This document shows, piece by piece, positions 34,232 through 47,404 of a stretch of DNA of 64,000 nt. The first letter of the stretch is position 1. Each line of letters starts with the position of its first letter. Origin of the DNA: Monocercomonoides exilis PA203 (lineage: Eukaryota > Protista > Preaxostyla); NCBI GenBank assembly GCA_001643675.2, contig LSRY02000023.1, forward strand, positions 186,001 through 250,000, given 5' to 3'. The notes under the pieces were generated by a model. It worked only from the letters and a program-made list of their open reading frames with translations, was not told the DNA's origin and ran no database searches. The position numbers and the translations under genes were made by a program.

Positions 34232-34820
34232 TCACACCAAAATGCGATCATCTTTTTTCTTTCCAACTTCGTATTGTCTTGCTCTCCAGTTACTTTTTCT
34301 CAGACGAACAGGCCTGCTTCCTACATATTTTCCGTTCATTTCCCGAAAGGCTCGCAAATAATCTTCAGAATCTTTAAAACTGAAAATATATAAACATAAA
34401 ACAATCTGTTCAAAGCTTTGAAAGAATTATCCAAACCTCAAAAAACCGTATCCCTTGCTCTTCTTTGTTCGAAAATCACGAATAACTTTTGCTTTTTGAA
34501 ATGATGGATATATGCTAAAGGCTTGAGATAAAGTCTCTTCTGTAACCTCAGGTCCAAGATCCCCACACCACATTCGATAATCATCTATTTTTTAAAAATA
34601 AAAATATTTCATAAATAATATTGCATAATATCATTAACAGCAAACCATCGTCCCATTCAAGCATTGATTTGTCTTCCCAAACTTTTCCACCGGCATATCT
34701 TAATGTTTTCTTTTTAACAGCCTTTTGTTCTTCTAAAACATTTTGTTCACTTGAAACAGTAGATGTTGCACCACGCTCATCCTTTGGTAAATATTTTGAA
34801 GATTGTTTATATGATGACAT
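34232..34820 (-). CDS. RBM42: RRM protein RBM42 (tri-snRNP associated); 3 exons
   Basis: RYAGGKVWEDKSMLEWD, YRMWCGDLGPEVTEE, KSKGYGF (RNP1) and EMNGKYVGSRPVRLRKSNW are characteristic RBM42 segments. Confidence 0.9.
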
Positions 34821-34934
34821 ATTGAGAAAAACAATACCAGTTACGGTAATGCTTAAAGACTGTTCCGAAAAATGATAAAAATTTTTATGGGTGCATAATT
34901 TTCAAATTATGAGCAAAAAAGATCGATTTACGAA

Positions 34935-35430
34935 ATGACACAGAAAAACAATATGTACCAGTACGCAATGTTGCTTAATAGAATTATCTCAATAAACTCT
35001 TTTTATACATTTTTCGCAATTCATATTGACGTTATAGCGTTCTGGAAGAAGAAATGTTAAAGGAAGAGAGTATGTGATTTTTTTCGGCTTCTCTATGTGA
35101 AATGGGGATAATTTTTGTTATTTATCTAATGCTTTTATTTATGTGTTTCGTTTCTCAGAGGCTATGAAGAATAAACCAACAAAGCACATTTCAAGACCAC
35201 GATCCACATCGAATCGTCCATCAGAGCCAAAGGTTGCTAAAGAACCAGTGGTTGAAAAAGAAGAAACAACAAAAAAAGAAAAAGCTCAAAAGCCAAAGAA
35301 AGAAAAAAGAGCTTCGGTCTTTAATAAGCATACTAGAAAATTATGGCTTGGAGCGTTTGGATTGACAATTGCAGCAGCTGGACTTCACTTTTATCCTCAA
35401 ATTAAAAGATTTGTGATGAGCAAATTATAA
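34935..35430 (+). CDS. Small Lys/Glu-rich predicted tail-anchored membrane protein; 3 exons
   Basis: Spliced frame MTQKNNIVLEEEMLKEEKAMKNKPTKH... has a C-terminal hydrophobic segment LWLGAFGLTIAAAGLHFY followed by PQIKRFVMSKL*. Confidence 0.6.
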
Positions 35431-35988
35431 TCATGCGTCTTATAAATCAATTTCCGCAATTGTAATGTTCCATTTCTCACGAATGTCGAAAACAGATTGC
35501 GTGATTTTTTTAAACTTCATCTCTATACAATTCACACTTTCAATTAGCATTGAGTGTATCAAGCATTTGATGTTTTTTTATTCATAATTTTTGCAATTGT
35601 ATTTGGAGATACGTGCATATATTCGAGATAGAAATCGGAAATATTCTTTTAATCATATTCATTACAATATTTCAAAACAAAATATTGTAGAGTTAATGCA
35701 GTTGAACTTTGAAATATTAATGGGTAATGTTTTTGATATTTTATGCGATTTGAGGAACAACTTGTGTAAAATTTTCTTTCGTTATGTTTTTGATGGATTT
35801 GTCGTAAATGTTAAAAACATCGCTATTAAAATATTAATGTTAAAGTGCACAAAACTGAAAATGAGTTGTTATGTTTTTATCAAAGCGAAAAAATAAAAAT
35901 GCATTATTCGAAGATCATTTTCCCATTTTACAGGATTGCTGCAGAATTATTGAAGTGTTGTTTTTGCGTATTTACTGATTAGAAACGG

Positions 35989-38900
35989 ATGATAACTCAA
36001 AGCGCAAACACAGAAAGCAATGTGACACATAACCAAAAACAACAAGAAAGGTACTTACCCGAAATCCGTTTTGTTTTTTGATTTTATCGCATTTTTTTAT
36101 AAATTACAAAATTCAAACAAAGAAATGAGAGCGATTTCGCAGCTACAACAATCAAAAGCGATATGGAATCATCCCAAATCAAATTTTATAGCCCGGAATA
36201 TCATCCAGAACAAAACAGAGATGTGAAAGAAGCTGCATTATCTAAAGCGCATTCTGTTATAAAAAAGGAAGAGGATTCAATTGGCAAAGTTCCACAAGCT
36301 GCAGCAACATCTCAAATAAAGAGCAATAAAAAACCACCTCCAGAATACATTTCTCGCTCTAGAGGAAGGTGGATTTGCAAAGTTGGAGATTGTCATGCGT
36401 CTTACACATCAAAAAGTAATTTATATATTCACTTTAGAAAAAAGCATGAGTTAATATTAGAAGAGGATAACACTCCAAAAATATCTTCTCAAGAGCTTAA
36501 AGGAAAAATGAATGTAAATGATATGAAAAGCGAGAAAAGAGAAAAGAGTAAAAATAATCATAGAATTGAAAATGAAGGCGCAAATGAAGATGAAGAAGAT
36601 GAGGATGAACAAGAAGAGGAAGAGGAAGAGGAGGAAGAGGAAGACGATGAGGAAGAAGAAGAGGAAGAAGACGATGAACCAGAAGTGATAAAGAAGAAAA
36701 GTGGCAAAGAAGGTGAAAGTGGAGAGGAGGTATCAGATGCCATTGAGGTGTTTGAGTGTGCAGCAGAAGGCTGCAACAAGCAGTACACCCGCTTCAGCAA
36801 CTTCCAGCGGCACCAGAAGTCGAAGCAGCACAAGGGATTCACCAGAGTGGTGGTGAGCGAGAAAGCATACAGGGCAAAGCAGCAGAAGGAAAGCAACAGA
36901 GAGTTTTCGATGAAGCTGCGGCCGAACCGGATCTCGCGGACAGACTACGACGAAGACAAGGAATTTGAGGCGGTGAAGAAGCGGATGATGGCAGATGCCA
37001 GTGACTCCAGCACGAAGCAGGAAGAGGAAAAGGAGGAAAAGGAAGAAAAAGAAGAGAAAGAGGAAAAGGAGGGAAGCAAAACAAGTGGGCATAAAAACAC
37101 AGACAGTGCTGATAGGAAGAGCAAGACATCTGATGAAAGGAAAGGATCAAAAGATGCAGAAGAAGAAGAAGAAGAAGACGATGACGATGATGGCGATGAG
37201 GATGAAGAGGAAGAAGACAAGTCACAAAAGGCAAGAACGAGACATCAGCAACAACAACAGCAGCAACAGCGTCAACCAATCAGCAGCCGAAGTCGAAGCA
37301 CACGGAACAGAGCTTCTTCTGCCGGTTCCTCTTCCACTCCTCAGAACGACCCTGTCTCAAAGTCGCGTCCGTATTCGTGTCCGTTCGAAGGGTGCACACG
37401 CACATTCACCAAGCCAAACTACCTCAAAATGCATCAGAAGGCGCAGAACCACTACGTCGATGGAGAGGGAGAGGAGCCAGCAGGAGCACAGAAGGGTGGG
37501 AAGAAAGGGGAAGGGGATGACGCGGCAGAGGCAGAGAGAAGGAAAGAGATGAGGAGGAGAAGGGCGAGCCGGCTGGCACGCACAACACGCTCTGCCAGGT
37601 CTTCCAGACGTCTTCTGAGGAGACCAGCGAATGTTGCACACACTTCAGCCAGCACAGCTAATTCTGTTGGCTCAGTCAGCTCTGCACATTCATCAGCACA
37701 TGCAACACGCACTTCACGTGATTCACGTGATTCACACAGCACTCACAAGCATCCGCACACACGCAGATCATCCAGATCATCCAGATCATCTCGTTCTTCT
37801 CGTTCTTCTCATTCCTCTCGCTCTTCTCATTCGTCTGAGTCTGAATCTGAGAACGAGAGTGAGACTGAGACAGAATCAGGCAATGACGATACATCTGGAA
37901 GCTCAGAAGATGCAGAAGATACAGAGGAGTCAGATAACTCTTCGTCTTCTTCTTCTTCGTCATCATCATCATCTTCTTCTTCTTCTTCTTCTTCCTCCTC
38001 CTCCTCCTCCTCGAGTTCATCATCTTCTTCCTCTTCTTCTTCAAGCTCTTCCTCTTCTTCCTCTTCATCTTCTTCAAAATCTTCCTCCTCCTCCTCCTCT
38101 TCTTCTTCTTCTTCCTCTTCCTCTCATTCTCGAAGAGGCAGAAGTGTCAGCCGTGACAGTTCTCGCAGTTATTATCCATCTTCCTCCTCCTCCTCCTCTT
38201 CTTCTTCCTCTCTTCATTCCACCTCCTCTCCTTCCTACTCTCCCTCTCACTCACACATCTCTTCTCTTTCTCCTTCCTCTTCTCGTTCTCGCTCTCCTTC
38301 CCGTCCTCGTTCCTTTTCCCGCTCTATTTCTCGCTCCCTCTCCACCTCTTCCTCCTCAAAACTTCCTCCTCCTTCCTCTTCTACCTTTACTACCTCTTCT
38401 TCTTCTCCCTCCTCCTCTTCCTCCTCCTCTTCCTCTCCCTCCTCAACCCCCCACCCTCAACCCCGCCCTCACTCCACACTCTCTTCTTCCAGCAGAAAGA
38501 GAACAGAAGACGGCGCATTGATCGTCAGACCTTCGAAATTCACTCCGCCTGTGCCCACATCAACAGAGAAGCAGCTGGCACGCTTTTTGGCGAAGCATTC
38601 ACCAGACACACTGGGAATGATGGAGAAGAAAGGGCAAAATACTATCAATGCTATGAGTACAATGAATACAATGAATTCTATCAATGCAATGAACGCAATG
38701 AATGCACAAAACACACTAAATACATTAAACACACTAAATTCACTGAATTCATTGAATTCCTTGAATCCAATGAACAACCAGAACATTCAGAACATTCAGT
38801 TCAATCAAATCAGCCCACAAAACGCACAACAAAATGCTCAGTTTACGTCTTTCTTCACTCAAAACACTTCACAGACTCACCAGGCTTCATCGCCTTTTCC

Positions 38901-40948
38901 TGTGATATTTCCTCCTTCTTCTTCCTCTTCCTCTTCTCCTTCTACGTCCTCTTCCTCTTCCTCTTCCTCTTCTCCTTCATCTTCTCCTTCTTCCACATTG
39001 CAATCATCATCTTCTTCTTCTTCAGGTACTTCCACTTCTACCAACCCAACTCAAACATCTTCTGTAACTCAACTTTTTCCTTCCTCCTCTCCATCGTCAT
39101 CTTCTCCTTCTCCTTCCTCTTCATCTTCATCTTCTTCACAACAAGCACGCATTTCATTCATCCCTAACTTTACAAATACTGCTGCTCCCATTCCATTGCA
39201 GACATCATCATCTTCTTCTTCTTCTTCTTCACCTTCACAATCTCCATCGCTATCTTCATCATCCTCCTCTTCTTCTTCTTCTTCTCCTTTCCCTCCTCTA
39301 CCCTCTTCCTCTTCTTCTCCCTCCTCCTCTCCTTCTCCTTCTTCCTCTTCTCCCTCCTCTTCTTCTTCCTCTTCCTCTTCCTCTCTCCATTCTTCAATCT
39401 TTCCTCAGACATTGTCATCTTTCACGTCACCTTCTCCTTCCTCTTCACACAATGACCACAAATCTCTTTCACTTCAGCCTTTCCCTCCTGCTGCCAATGC
39501 TAATCCTGCTAATATTCATTCATCATCATCACCTTCCTCTTCCTCTTCCTCCTCCTCCTCTTCTTCTTCTTCTTCTCCCGTTTCTTCTCCCGTTTCTTCT
39601 TCCTCTTCCCCTCACTCTTCCTCCATCTCTGCTCAAATATCTTCCCAAATATCTTCCCAAATAGCGTCTCAAATCTCCTCTTCCATCTCCTCCTCTCCTT
39701 CTCCTCTGAACCGCCCTGCTCTTTTCACTTCTGTCTATTTTTCTCCTTCTCCTTCTTCATCCAAACAGACAAATAAACTGCCTTTGCCTTCTCGCCCTTC
39801 TTTCTTGCCTTCTTCTTCTTCTGCTTCTTCTTCTTCTCCTTCCACTTCTTCTCCTTCTCTGTCATCATCATCATCTTCTTCTTCTTCTTCATCGCCTTCC
39901 TCCTCTCCTTCTTCTCCTTCTTCTTCCTTTTCTTCTTCCTTATTAGCACCATCAGCATCTTCCTTCTCTTCCTTCTCTTCCCAACTTCACTTGCAAACTA
40001 ATTCTCTTTCTTCTTCTTCTTCTTCCTCCTCTTCTTCTTCCTCTTCCTCTTCTTCTTCTTCTTCTTCCTCTTCCTCTTCCTCTTCTCCTTCTCTTTCTCC
40101 TTCTTCTGCTCCTTCTGCGTTCACCTTCTCCTCTGCCATTCCTTCCTCTTTCGCTCCTTCTTCCTCTTCTCCTTCTTCTTCTCCTCCTTTCCCTGCCCTC
40201 ATCTCAACTCCTGCTCATCCACACAAACATTCACATTCACATTCACACACTCATTCACCATCATCATCAGCTTCTTCTTCTTCTTCTTCTTCTTCTTTTT
40301 CTTCTTCCTTCTCCCCTTCTTCCTCTTCTTTATCACCGTCACCTTCACCTTTACCATCATTATCATTGTTTTCATCATCATCTTCTTCTTCTTCTCTTTC
40401 CTCTCCCCTTTTCTCTTCTTCTTCCCCCTCTTCCGCTTTCACCTCTTCTCCTTCTCCTTCTTCATTCTCATCTTCCTCCTCCTCCTCCTCCTCCTCTTCT
40501 TCTTCTTCTTCTTCTTCTTCTTCTCGTGTAAGATATTCTTCTTCTCTTCGCTCTTCTTCTTCAGCAGCTGAGCAACAAACAGACAGTTCTTCATCTCATT
40601 TAAGCAAAAAGCAGCAGAAGAAGAAGGAAAAGAAGAAAGAAAAGAAGAAGGAAAAGAAGGAGAAGAAGGAGAAAGAGAAGAAATATGGCGAAAAGGAAGA
40701 GAAGAAGGAGAGAAAGAAAGGAGAAAAGGAGAAGGAGAAAGAGAAAGAGAAAGAGAAAGAAAGGAAAAGAGGAAAAGAGAAAGAGAAAGAAAGAGAAGAA
40801 GAAAGAGAAGAAAATGAGAAAGGAAAAGACAAAGAAAAAAGAAGAAAGAAATCAAAAGGAACCGAAAAAGAAAGAAAAAGAGAAAAAGAGAAAGAAAAAG
40901 AAAGAAAGAACAAAAAACAAAGAGAACGAGCTATCAAACAAGAGAAGC

Positions 40949-40979
<31 letters not shown>

Positions 40980-41466
40980 AAGAGAAAGAGAAAGCGAAGC
41001 GAAAGGGAAAGGGAAAGAGGCGCTGTATGAAGAATATCCGAGTGAAGAAGAATCAATTGCAGAGGTGTTCTCCATCATAGGCACTTTGGCTTCTTCTCTG
41101 AACACACTCACGCTGCAGCTGGCATTTCTGATCAGCCAGAGCAGAAGAGAAGGGCAAGCCATGGCGCATCCACTGGATGTGCTGTCAAATGCTATGAATG
41201 CTGCTACTGCTGCTAATGCTGCTGCTTCTTTGAATTCTTCTTCTTCTTCTCTTCCTTCTGGTTCTTCTATGAATTCTATGAATCCTTCTTCAGTTAATCC
41301 AGTTAATTCGGTTAATACAGCTAATCCAACTTCTTCTTCTTCTTCTGTTAGAGATGAGATGAAATCAGCCCAAGGCAATCAATCAATGCTGATGATGATG
41401 ACACGGATGAATCAGATGAATCAGATGGGACAGGCATCTTCTTCAAATACTGCTGCTTCTGCTAAT

Positions 41467-41502
<36 letters not shown>

Positions 41503-41529
41503 CTTAACAGTACTTCAACTCATTCTATG

Positions 41530-41560
<31 letters not shown>

Positions 41561-42168
41561 CTTCTTTATCTTCCAACATTTCCTTCCCATCATTTCCACA
41601 GCCATCATCATTAACATCTTCCTCTTCTTCTTCCTCTTCCTCATTGCCTTCATCATCATCATCATCTCCTTCTTCTTCTTCTCTTATTCCTTCATCAGAT
41701 TCAGACATCTCCTCCACTTCCATCTCTTCCACCACATCCAAATCTTCTTCTTCTTCTTCTTCTTCTTCTTCTTCAGACAATTCTCCTTCACCTTCTATCT
41801 CTTCCACTCAACCTTCTTCTTCTTCCTCTTCTCCTTCCTCTTCTTCTTCTTCTCTTTCCTTTCCTCATCTATTTCCTGAAGCCCACCAAACATCTGCTTT
41901 CTTTCCTCGTGTTCCAACTTCTTCTTCTTCTTCCTCTTCTTCATCTCCACCTTCATCATCATCATCATCTTCTTCTTCTTCTTCCACTTCTGTCAATATT
42001 GAAATGTTATCTTCTTCCTCTTCTCTTTCTTCTTCTTCCTCTCCTTCATCTTCTACTTCTGCTTCAGACGCTGATATTCCCTCTGCTTTATGCTCTGCTG
42101 ACAAGAAGAGTGCAAAGCCGGCTGTTGGACATGCGTCTTCAGACACACCGGAACTAATTATAATTTAG
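35989..42168 (+). CDS. C2H2 zinc-finger protein (three dispersed fingers) with extreme poly-Ser, acidic and Lys/Glu low-complexity regions
   Basis: Fingers are CKVGDC..HFRKKH, CAAEGC..HQKSKQH and CPFEGC..HQKAQNH. A probable 5' exon at 35989-36050 splices (intron 36051-36122) in frame into ORF 36163-42168. Confidence 0.75.
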
Positions 42169-43150
42169 TCTTAAGCGAAAAAATAGATAGATAAATAGAT
42201 TGGTTAATAAATAAATAATTAAATTGGAAAGAAAGAAAATATTAATGATGGAGTGAAGTAAAGAGAAATAAAGTGAATTAGAAATAAAATAAAATTGAAA
42301 TAAATAGAAATTTTAAAAAAAAAAATGAAAAAATTAATAATTAAAAATTCGAATAAAATTTTAATAGAATTCAAATATTTAGACAGATATTTTATTTAAA
42401 GGAAATAATTGCGTTATTTTTAGTTATTATTATTATACTTCAAAAGTCGTTTTTTGATTCAAAAATTTTGGAGTAATTTTCATTTCTTTTTGAATGTTTT
42501 TGCAATTTTTTGCCTTCCTGTTTATCACATTTCTTGGAATCTTTTTATATTTTTGAATTCATTGGTACATATTTATTTTTTTATTTATTGGATTATTGTC
42601 TGTTTCATTTTGTTTTGAGCTTATAGTAAAGTAAGTATAAATCGTCAAACTGCGAAATTAGCATGTTGTGCATATTTGCTGAATCATAAATAATACAAAT
42701 GCATTGCTTTGAAATACTGTCGAAACGTAAAAGTAAAAATAAAAAATAATTGTTTAAGTGTGAAGGATTTTTCAAATATTGAACATTTCTCGGTTGATTA
42801 TTATTTTATTTCTTTCCTCACTTTCATAGTTATGCTGTTTTTTCCAAAGGCTCTCATATCAAATAGTTGAAAAATAACCATTTTTATTTAAATGATTTCT
42901 TTTGTTTCTTTCTCAAATTTTATCAAAGAAAAATGAAGAAATTTAATAATCATCCAAATGAATTATTTCTAAAATGTTCGTTCATAAAGATATGAACATT
43001 GATCACAACAAATTCAAATTAAAAATATTCAACTTCAAATTCTGTAACTTTTCATTAAGAATTTTGAAATTATTTTTATCTGAATGTTTTAATATGTCCG
43101 ATCAAAATAAATATAATTAATTTTCATTTCAGTAATTTAATTATTAAATA

Positions 43151-44184
43151 ATGATTCCTTCTGGCTCGGCTGCATTAGCAAGGTATTTTATCTTCTTTTT
43201 GCAATTTTACGTATTTATATTTGTGATTTCTTTCGAAGAATACAGCCAATTCCTTCCACTTCTGGAATCTCAGTTAGAAAATTTCCACTTCCAACATTTG
43301 AATCACTTCGAACAATTTGTCATCATTACGAATTAAAAACCAGTGGAATTGTTTGCCCCAAATGTAGAGCATCGCGGTTTAGAATTTTACATATTTATCA
43401 AACATTTTTCAAAAAAAAAAACCGATTTTTTAGAAACCTTTTTGATATGTCACGTGAAATACAAGATCAGCTTCTGCCATTGATTGAAGAAGAAAAACGG
43501 AGAAATCAACGATTAGAAATGCTTTCAACAACACTTCACGATTGGGAAATGTATTTTGGCCTACCGATAAATGTTTGAATTTTTCTTATAAAAAAAATCA
43601 GCGTGATGATATTTTATGAAAGCTAGACATCTATAGATTCACCATCCATGGCCCCACATTTACAACTTCTTCGAGCTGAAGTTTCACCAATATTAACCCC
43701 AAAAATTATATATGATGAGCTGAAACGTGTTGTAGATTTAAATCAAAAATTGGAAGATGTCATTCAAGCTCACGCAGAATTTGCACGTTTGTGCATTTGT
43801 CCTTACGCAATTTCCTTCACTGTTTTATTTGTTAATTTCTTATATTTTTCACAGAAGAAGAAGAAAGTGCACTTGAAAGGGAATATCACGCTTTAAAACG
43901 AGAAAGATTGGGAAGCGCGTCAACCCTTCTCCACGAAATGAAAAATGAACTAGATGAAGAACGAAAGAAAGATCGTTTGCGCATGAAAGAAGAGTTAAAT
44001 CTAATTAGAAGTAGTTGTGAAAATACTATTAAGGAAATGCAAAATGAAATGGTGTGGATGCAAAACACTTAGTATTAGATAATGAAAATGTTAAAAATCG
44101 ATAATTTGAAAGTTCTTGTTAAAGTATCTATCGGTTTAATCATTGTTTTTGAATTTATCTTAAAGTTTTTTTTTTTTTCTTTTT

Positions 44185-44246
<62 letters not shown>

Positions 44247-44698
44247 GCTTTGTTTTATTAACGCTGTATAATAACATTTTTCTTTTATTATTGAATGAAA
44301 ACTACATCAATCAGGAGGAGCTGAAAAACACATTTGAAGAAGAGCTTGAGAAAGAACAGTCAGAAAGAAATTCAATTGTTCAAAATATCAAAGCTGCAAT
44401 TAAAGAATGGAAAACGAAAGGTGTTTCCCAAGAAGTGGGAATTCAAACATTGGAAAGGTATGGATAGCTTTTGGGAGAATAATTTTGTGATAAATAGAAA
44501 TTTTGAAAGATTTTGAAATCGCATGTTTTTCTTTTTCTTTTTTTTTTTTTTCTTATTTGTTATATGTTTTGTTAACATTAATATTGGATGATTTTTCACG
44601 ATTCTTTTTAAAAAATTGCTGTGCGCATTAGCATTTGTCAACAACTGCTTGGAGATGAAAACGATGAAGACATAAAAAATGAGGAATTATCACACTAG
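43151..44698 (+). CDS. Hypothetical coiled-coil protein, intron-rich
   Basis: A series of short exon-like frames (MIPSGSAALAR; ...RTICHHYELKTSGIVCPK; ...EEEKRRNQRLE; MAPHLQLL...; ...GDENDEDIKNEELSH*) is separated by GT..AG AT-rich introns. The exact model is uncertain. Confidence 0.5.
44166..44247 (+). repeat. Poly-T tract followed by (GTT)n microsatellite (intronic)
   Basis: About 50 nt of nearly pure T followed by about 10 GTT units. Confidence 0.9.
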
Positions 44699-45526
44699 TT
44701 TTATTATAAATGTTTATAATGTTATTTAAAATATACACATGTTTATTTATTTTTGTTTACATATTTATAACTTTAATTTTTGAAAAATTCAACACAGACA
44801 AAAAATGCGAATTTTTCTTGATGTGGTTGATCTTTTTTTGAAAACTCATATTTGTTTGGCTTTTGATCTGGAAATTATTTTCAATAGAAATATTATTTTA
44901 AAATTGAATTGGACACCTTCGAGTTATGTTTGATCAACTGTAAAATGAGAACAGAATTTTCTTAAAAAAAAAAAAAAAAAACCAAATAAGAACAAAACTC
45001 CTATGAATGTGTAACTTCAAAAAGGATCAGTCAAATTTTGATTTTTAAATTTCAAATTCATTTTGAGAATTATTCAAGATAGAAAGACCTCAATGTTTTG
45101 AAGTTTTATTTTTTGATTAAAGTTTTGCTCGTATTCCACGAACAATTGAAACTGAACATTTATTGAATTTCTTTTTTGATTTTTCATTTTGATATTCACA
45201 GTTATATATTAGACTTTTTGAACCTTATTTTTTTCAGCCATATTCACAGCTCACATGTGGGAAAATACGAACTTCAAAGCTTTTTTTCAACTATGTTCAA
45301 AAACTATGTTTCACTTTTAACTTTTTGAAACTTGGGCGAATATTTTTTAAAATCATAACCTCTTTTGGGGGGTGGGGGGGTTGTTTTTTTTATAAAGAAA
45401 ATTTCATTTTCTATATAATTGGAACAAAATATTTGACTTCAGGCATTTTCATAGTAAAATTATGCATCTTCGATGAACTTTTTGTGAACAAAAAATTAGA
45501 TATAAATGGGTTTCTATTTTGAAATT

Positions 45527-45873
45527 CATGTTAGGTCACTGAACATTTTGTTATAACATCAATGATGTTTGTTTACTGTTACGATAATCAAACTTATATT
45601 GAAATCTGAGAAAGTGAAAAAAAAGAAATGAGGAAAACAATTCTTTCATGCTTTGTGCATAAAAAGCTTGAAAGACCGTATTTTCCCCCAATTCAAAAAC
45701 AAATGTCAAATGTTTATCAATTTTTTGAAAAACCAATAGTTGATGCAAACATTTGTGAGAGATATTCTTTATTTAGTGTTATCACTTTTCTGAGTTTTGA
45801 AACAAAAATTCTAAACTGCATAATCGAACCGAATTTTTTGTTCCAAAAAATTTGACTTCAAAAATAATCACCC
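45527..45873 (-). repeat. Diverged copy of an interspersed repeat family ending in ...AAAATAATCACCC
   Basis: Inverted similarity to 52938-53450, with shared blocks GGTCACTGAACATTTTGTTA, AAAGCTTGAAAGACCGTATTTT and AAAATAATCACCC. Confidence 0.65.
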
Positions 45874-47404
45874 ACTTTTTTTGATTAAAAAATTATTTGA
45901 ATTTTTTAATCTGCAAAAAGGAGTTCTGGAAAAGAATAACAAAGAACTGTGTTTTTTGATACGTATTACAAAAAATGAATTCGTTTCGTTCACATTTTTC
46001 GATATCAAAAAGTTCATCCTGTGTGCAATATTTTTCATAGAAAAAGCATAAAGTCACATATTTTTCAACGAATATAAAAAAGAAAAATTTTTGTGAAAAA
46101 TGTTTTTTTAATTTTCAAAGAACAATAAAAATCAGAATATTGTTGAAATCATTTCTATTGGATGCGAAAAATAAAGAGAGATTAAGTTTGAAAAACGATA
46201 TTGAAAAGACGGAGGGTGGAAAATTATTGTTTCTTTTTTGTTGCTGTTGTGCTTTTTAATAATAGCCTTGAGCTTGAAGTGCTCAGTTTCATTTGAGATG
46301 ACAATAACTCACAAAAAAGATTGAAAAAAACTCAACAAAAATAAATTATGAAGCTATTTTTCTTTTCGAATCAATCTTTTTCTCTTTTTGAAATCTTCAA
46401 AATTTAAGTTTTCTAAAATAAACTAATATTTGATCTTTTTTATCATCTGATTTGAGAAATACCATCCAAATCAGAAGTTCAATTTATGGTCATAGTTGAT
46501 TCGTAAAAATGTCACTTTTTGTGAACCCACTTTATTCGATAAAGACATTTAAAAAAGATTGAAAAAAAGCGAAGTTGAAATATTATTAATGCTTCAAGTG
46601 TTTTATAACCTATGGATCAAAACACAAAATGATTGAATTGTTTTTATTCTCATTTCTATTTTCGTTGTTCTTTTTTAAACATCATTTTTATTATTTAATT
46701 GTGGCATAGGTCTATTTTGTACCAGTTTGGAAAGGCTTTTTAAAATATTTTTATTAACATATTATTAATTCTCATAATTATTGCAAACAAACTGCTAATG
46801 GAAAATCGAGTAATTCTTCCATCAAAAACTTGATATTTTTTCTTTTTTTCTCAACCCATAATTTTATCTTTTTGATCATGATCTATTTAAAAAGATTTCA
46901 TTACAATGCCATTTTAATGAAATGATACTTGATCATATTTGACATTGTTGCATTGACAATTTCCTTGTTTTTATTTGAAGGAATACAGACCGATGAATGT
47001 TTGAATGTAGAGTATATGAAAAAATACACATTTGAATGTTTTGTTCGCCTTAACAAATTTTTTTACTGATATGACGCAAGCAGAAATATGTTGTTCCCCT
47101 TTAATGATCAGATTTATAGTATGTTTATTAATTTGCATTGATAATATATGAATTTTTACATGTTTTTTCTTTCTTTTTTTGTTTATCGTTTTTTTGATGA
47201 TTCAGCAATTGTGTGTTTAAGTGAATGACATTTTCATATTATCTTTTTGTTAGCATCACTTTATATTTCTCCATTCAGAGGAGGATAAAAGGATTTCAGC
47301 AATTACCTTTTTCTGTGCAAAATATGGATCAATTGTTTGTTTTTTATTCATCATCATCGAATATCGTTAAGTTGTGTTTTAACAAAAAGCTTACACAACT
47401 TTTC

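Noticed and set aside
8440-34820. Three spliceosomal genes (SPF27, CWC22, RBM42) as a functional cluster
   Set aside because: They are interspersed with unrelated genes on both strands, which is compatible with chance in a gene-dense genome.
45367-45381. G-rich run as a G-quadruplex or telomeric seed
   Set aside because: It has only two G-runs and no telomeric repeat periodicity, so support is insufficient.
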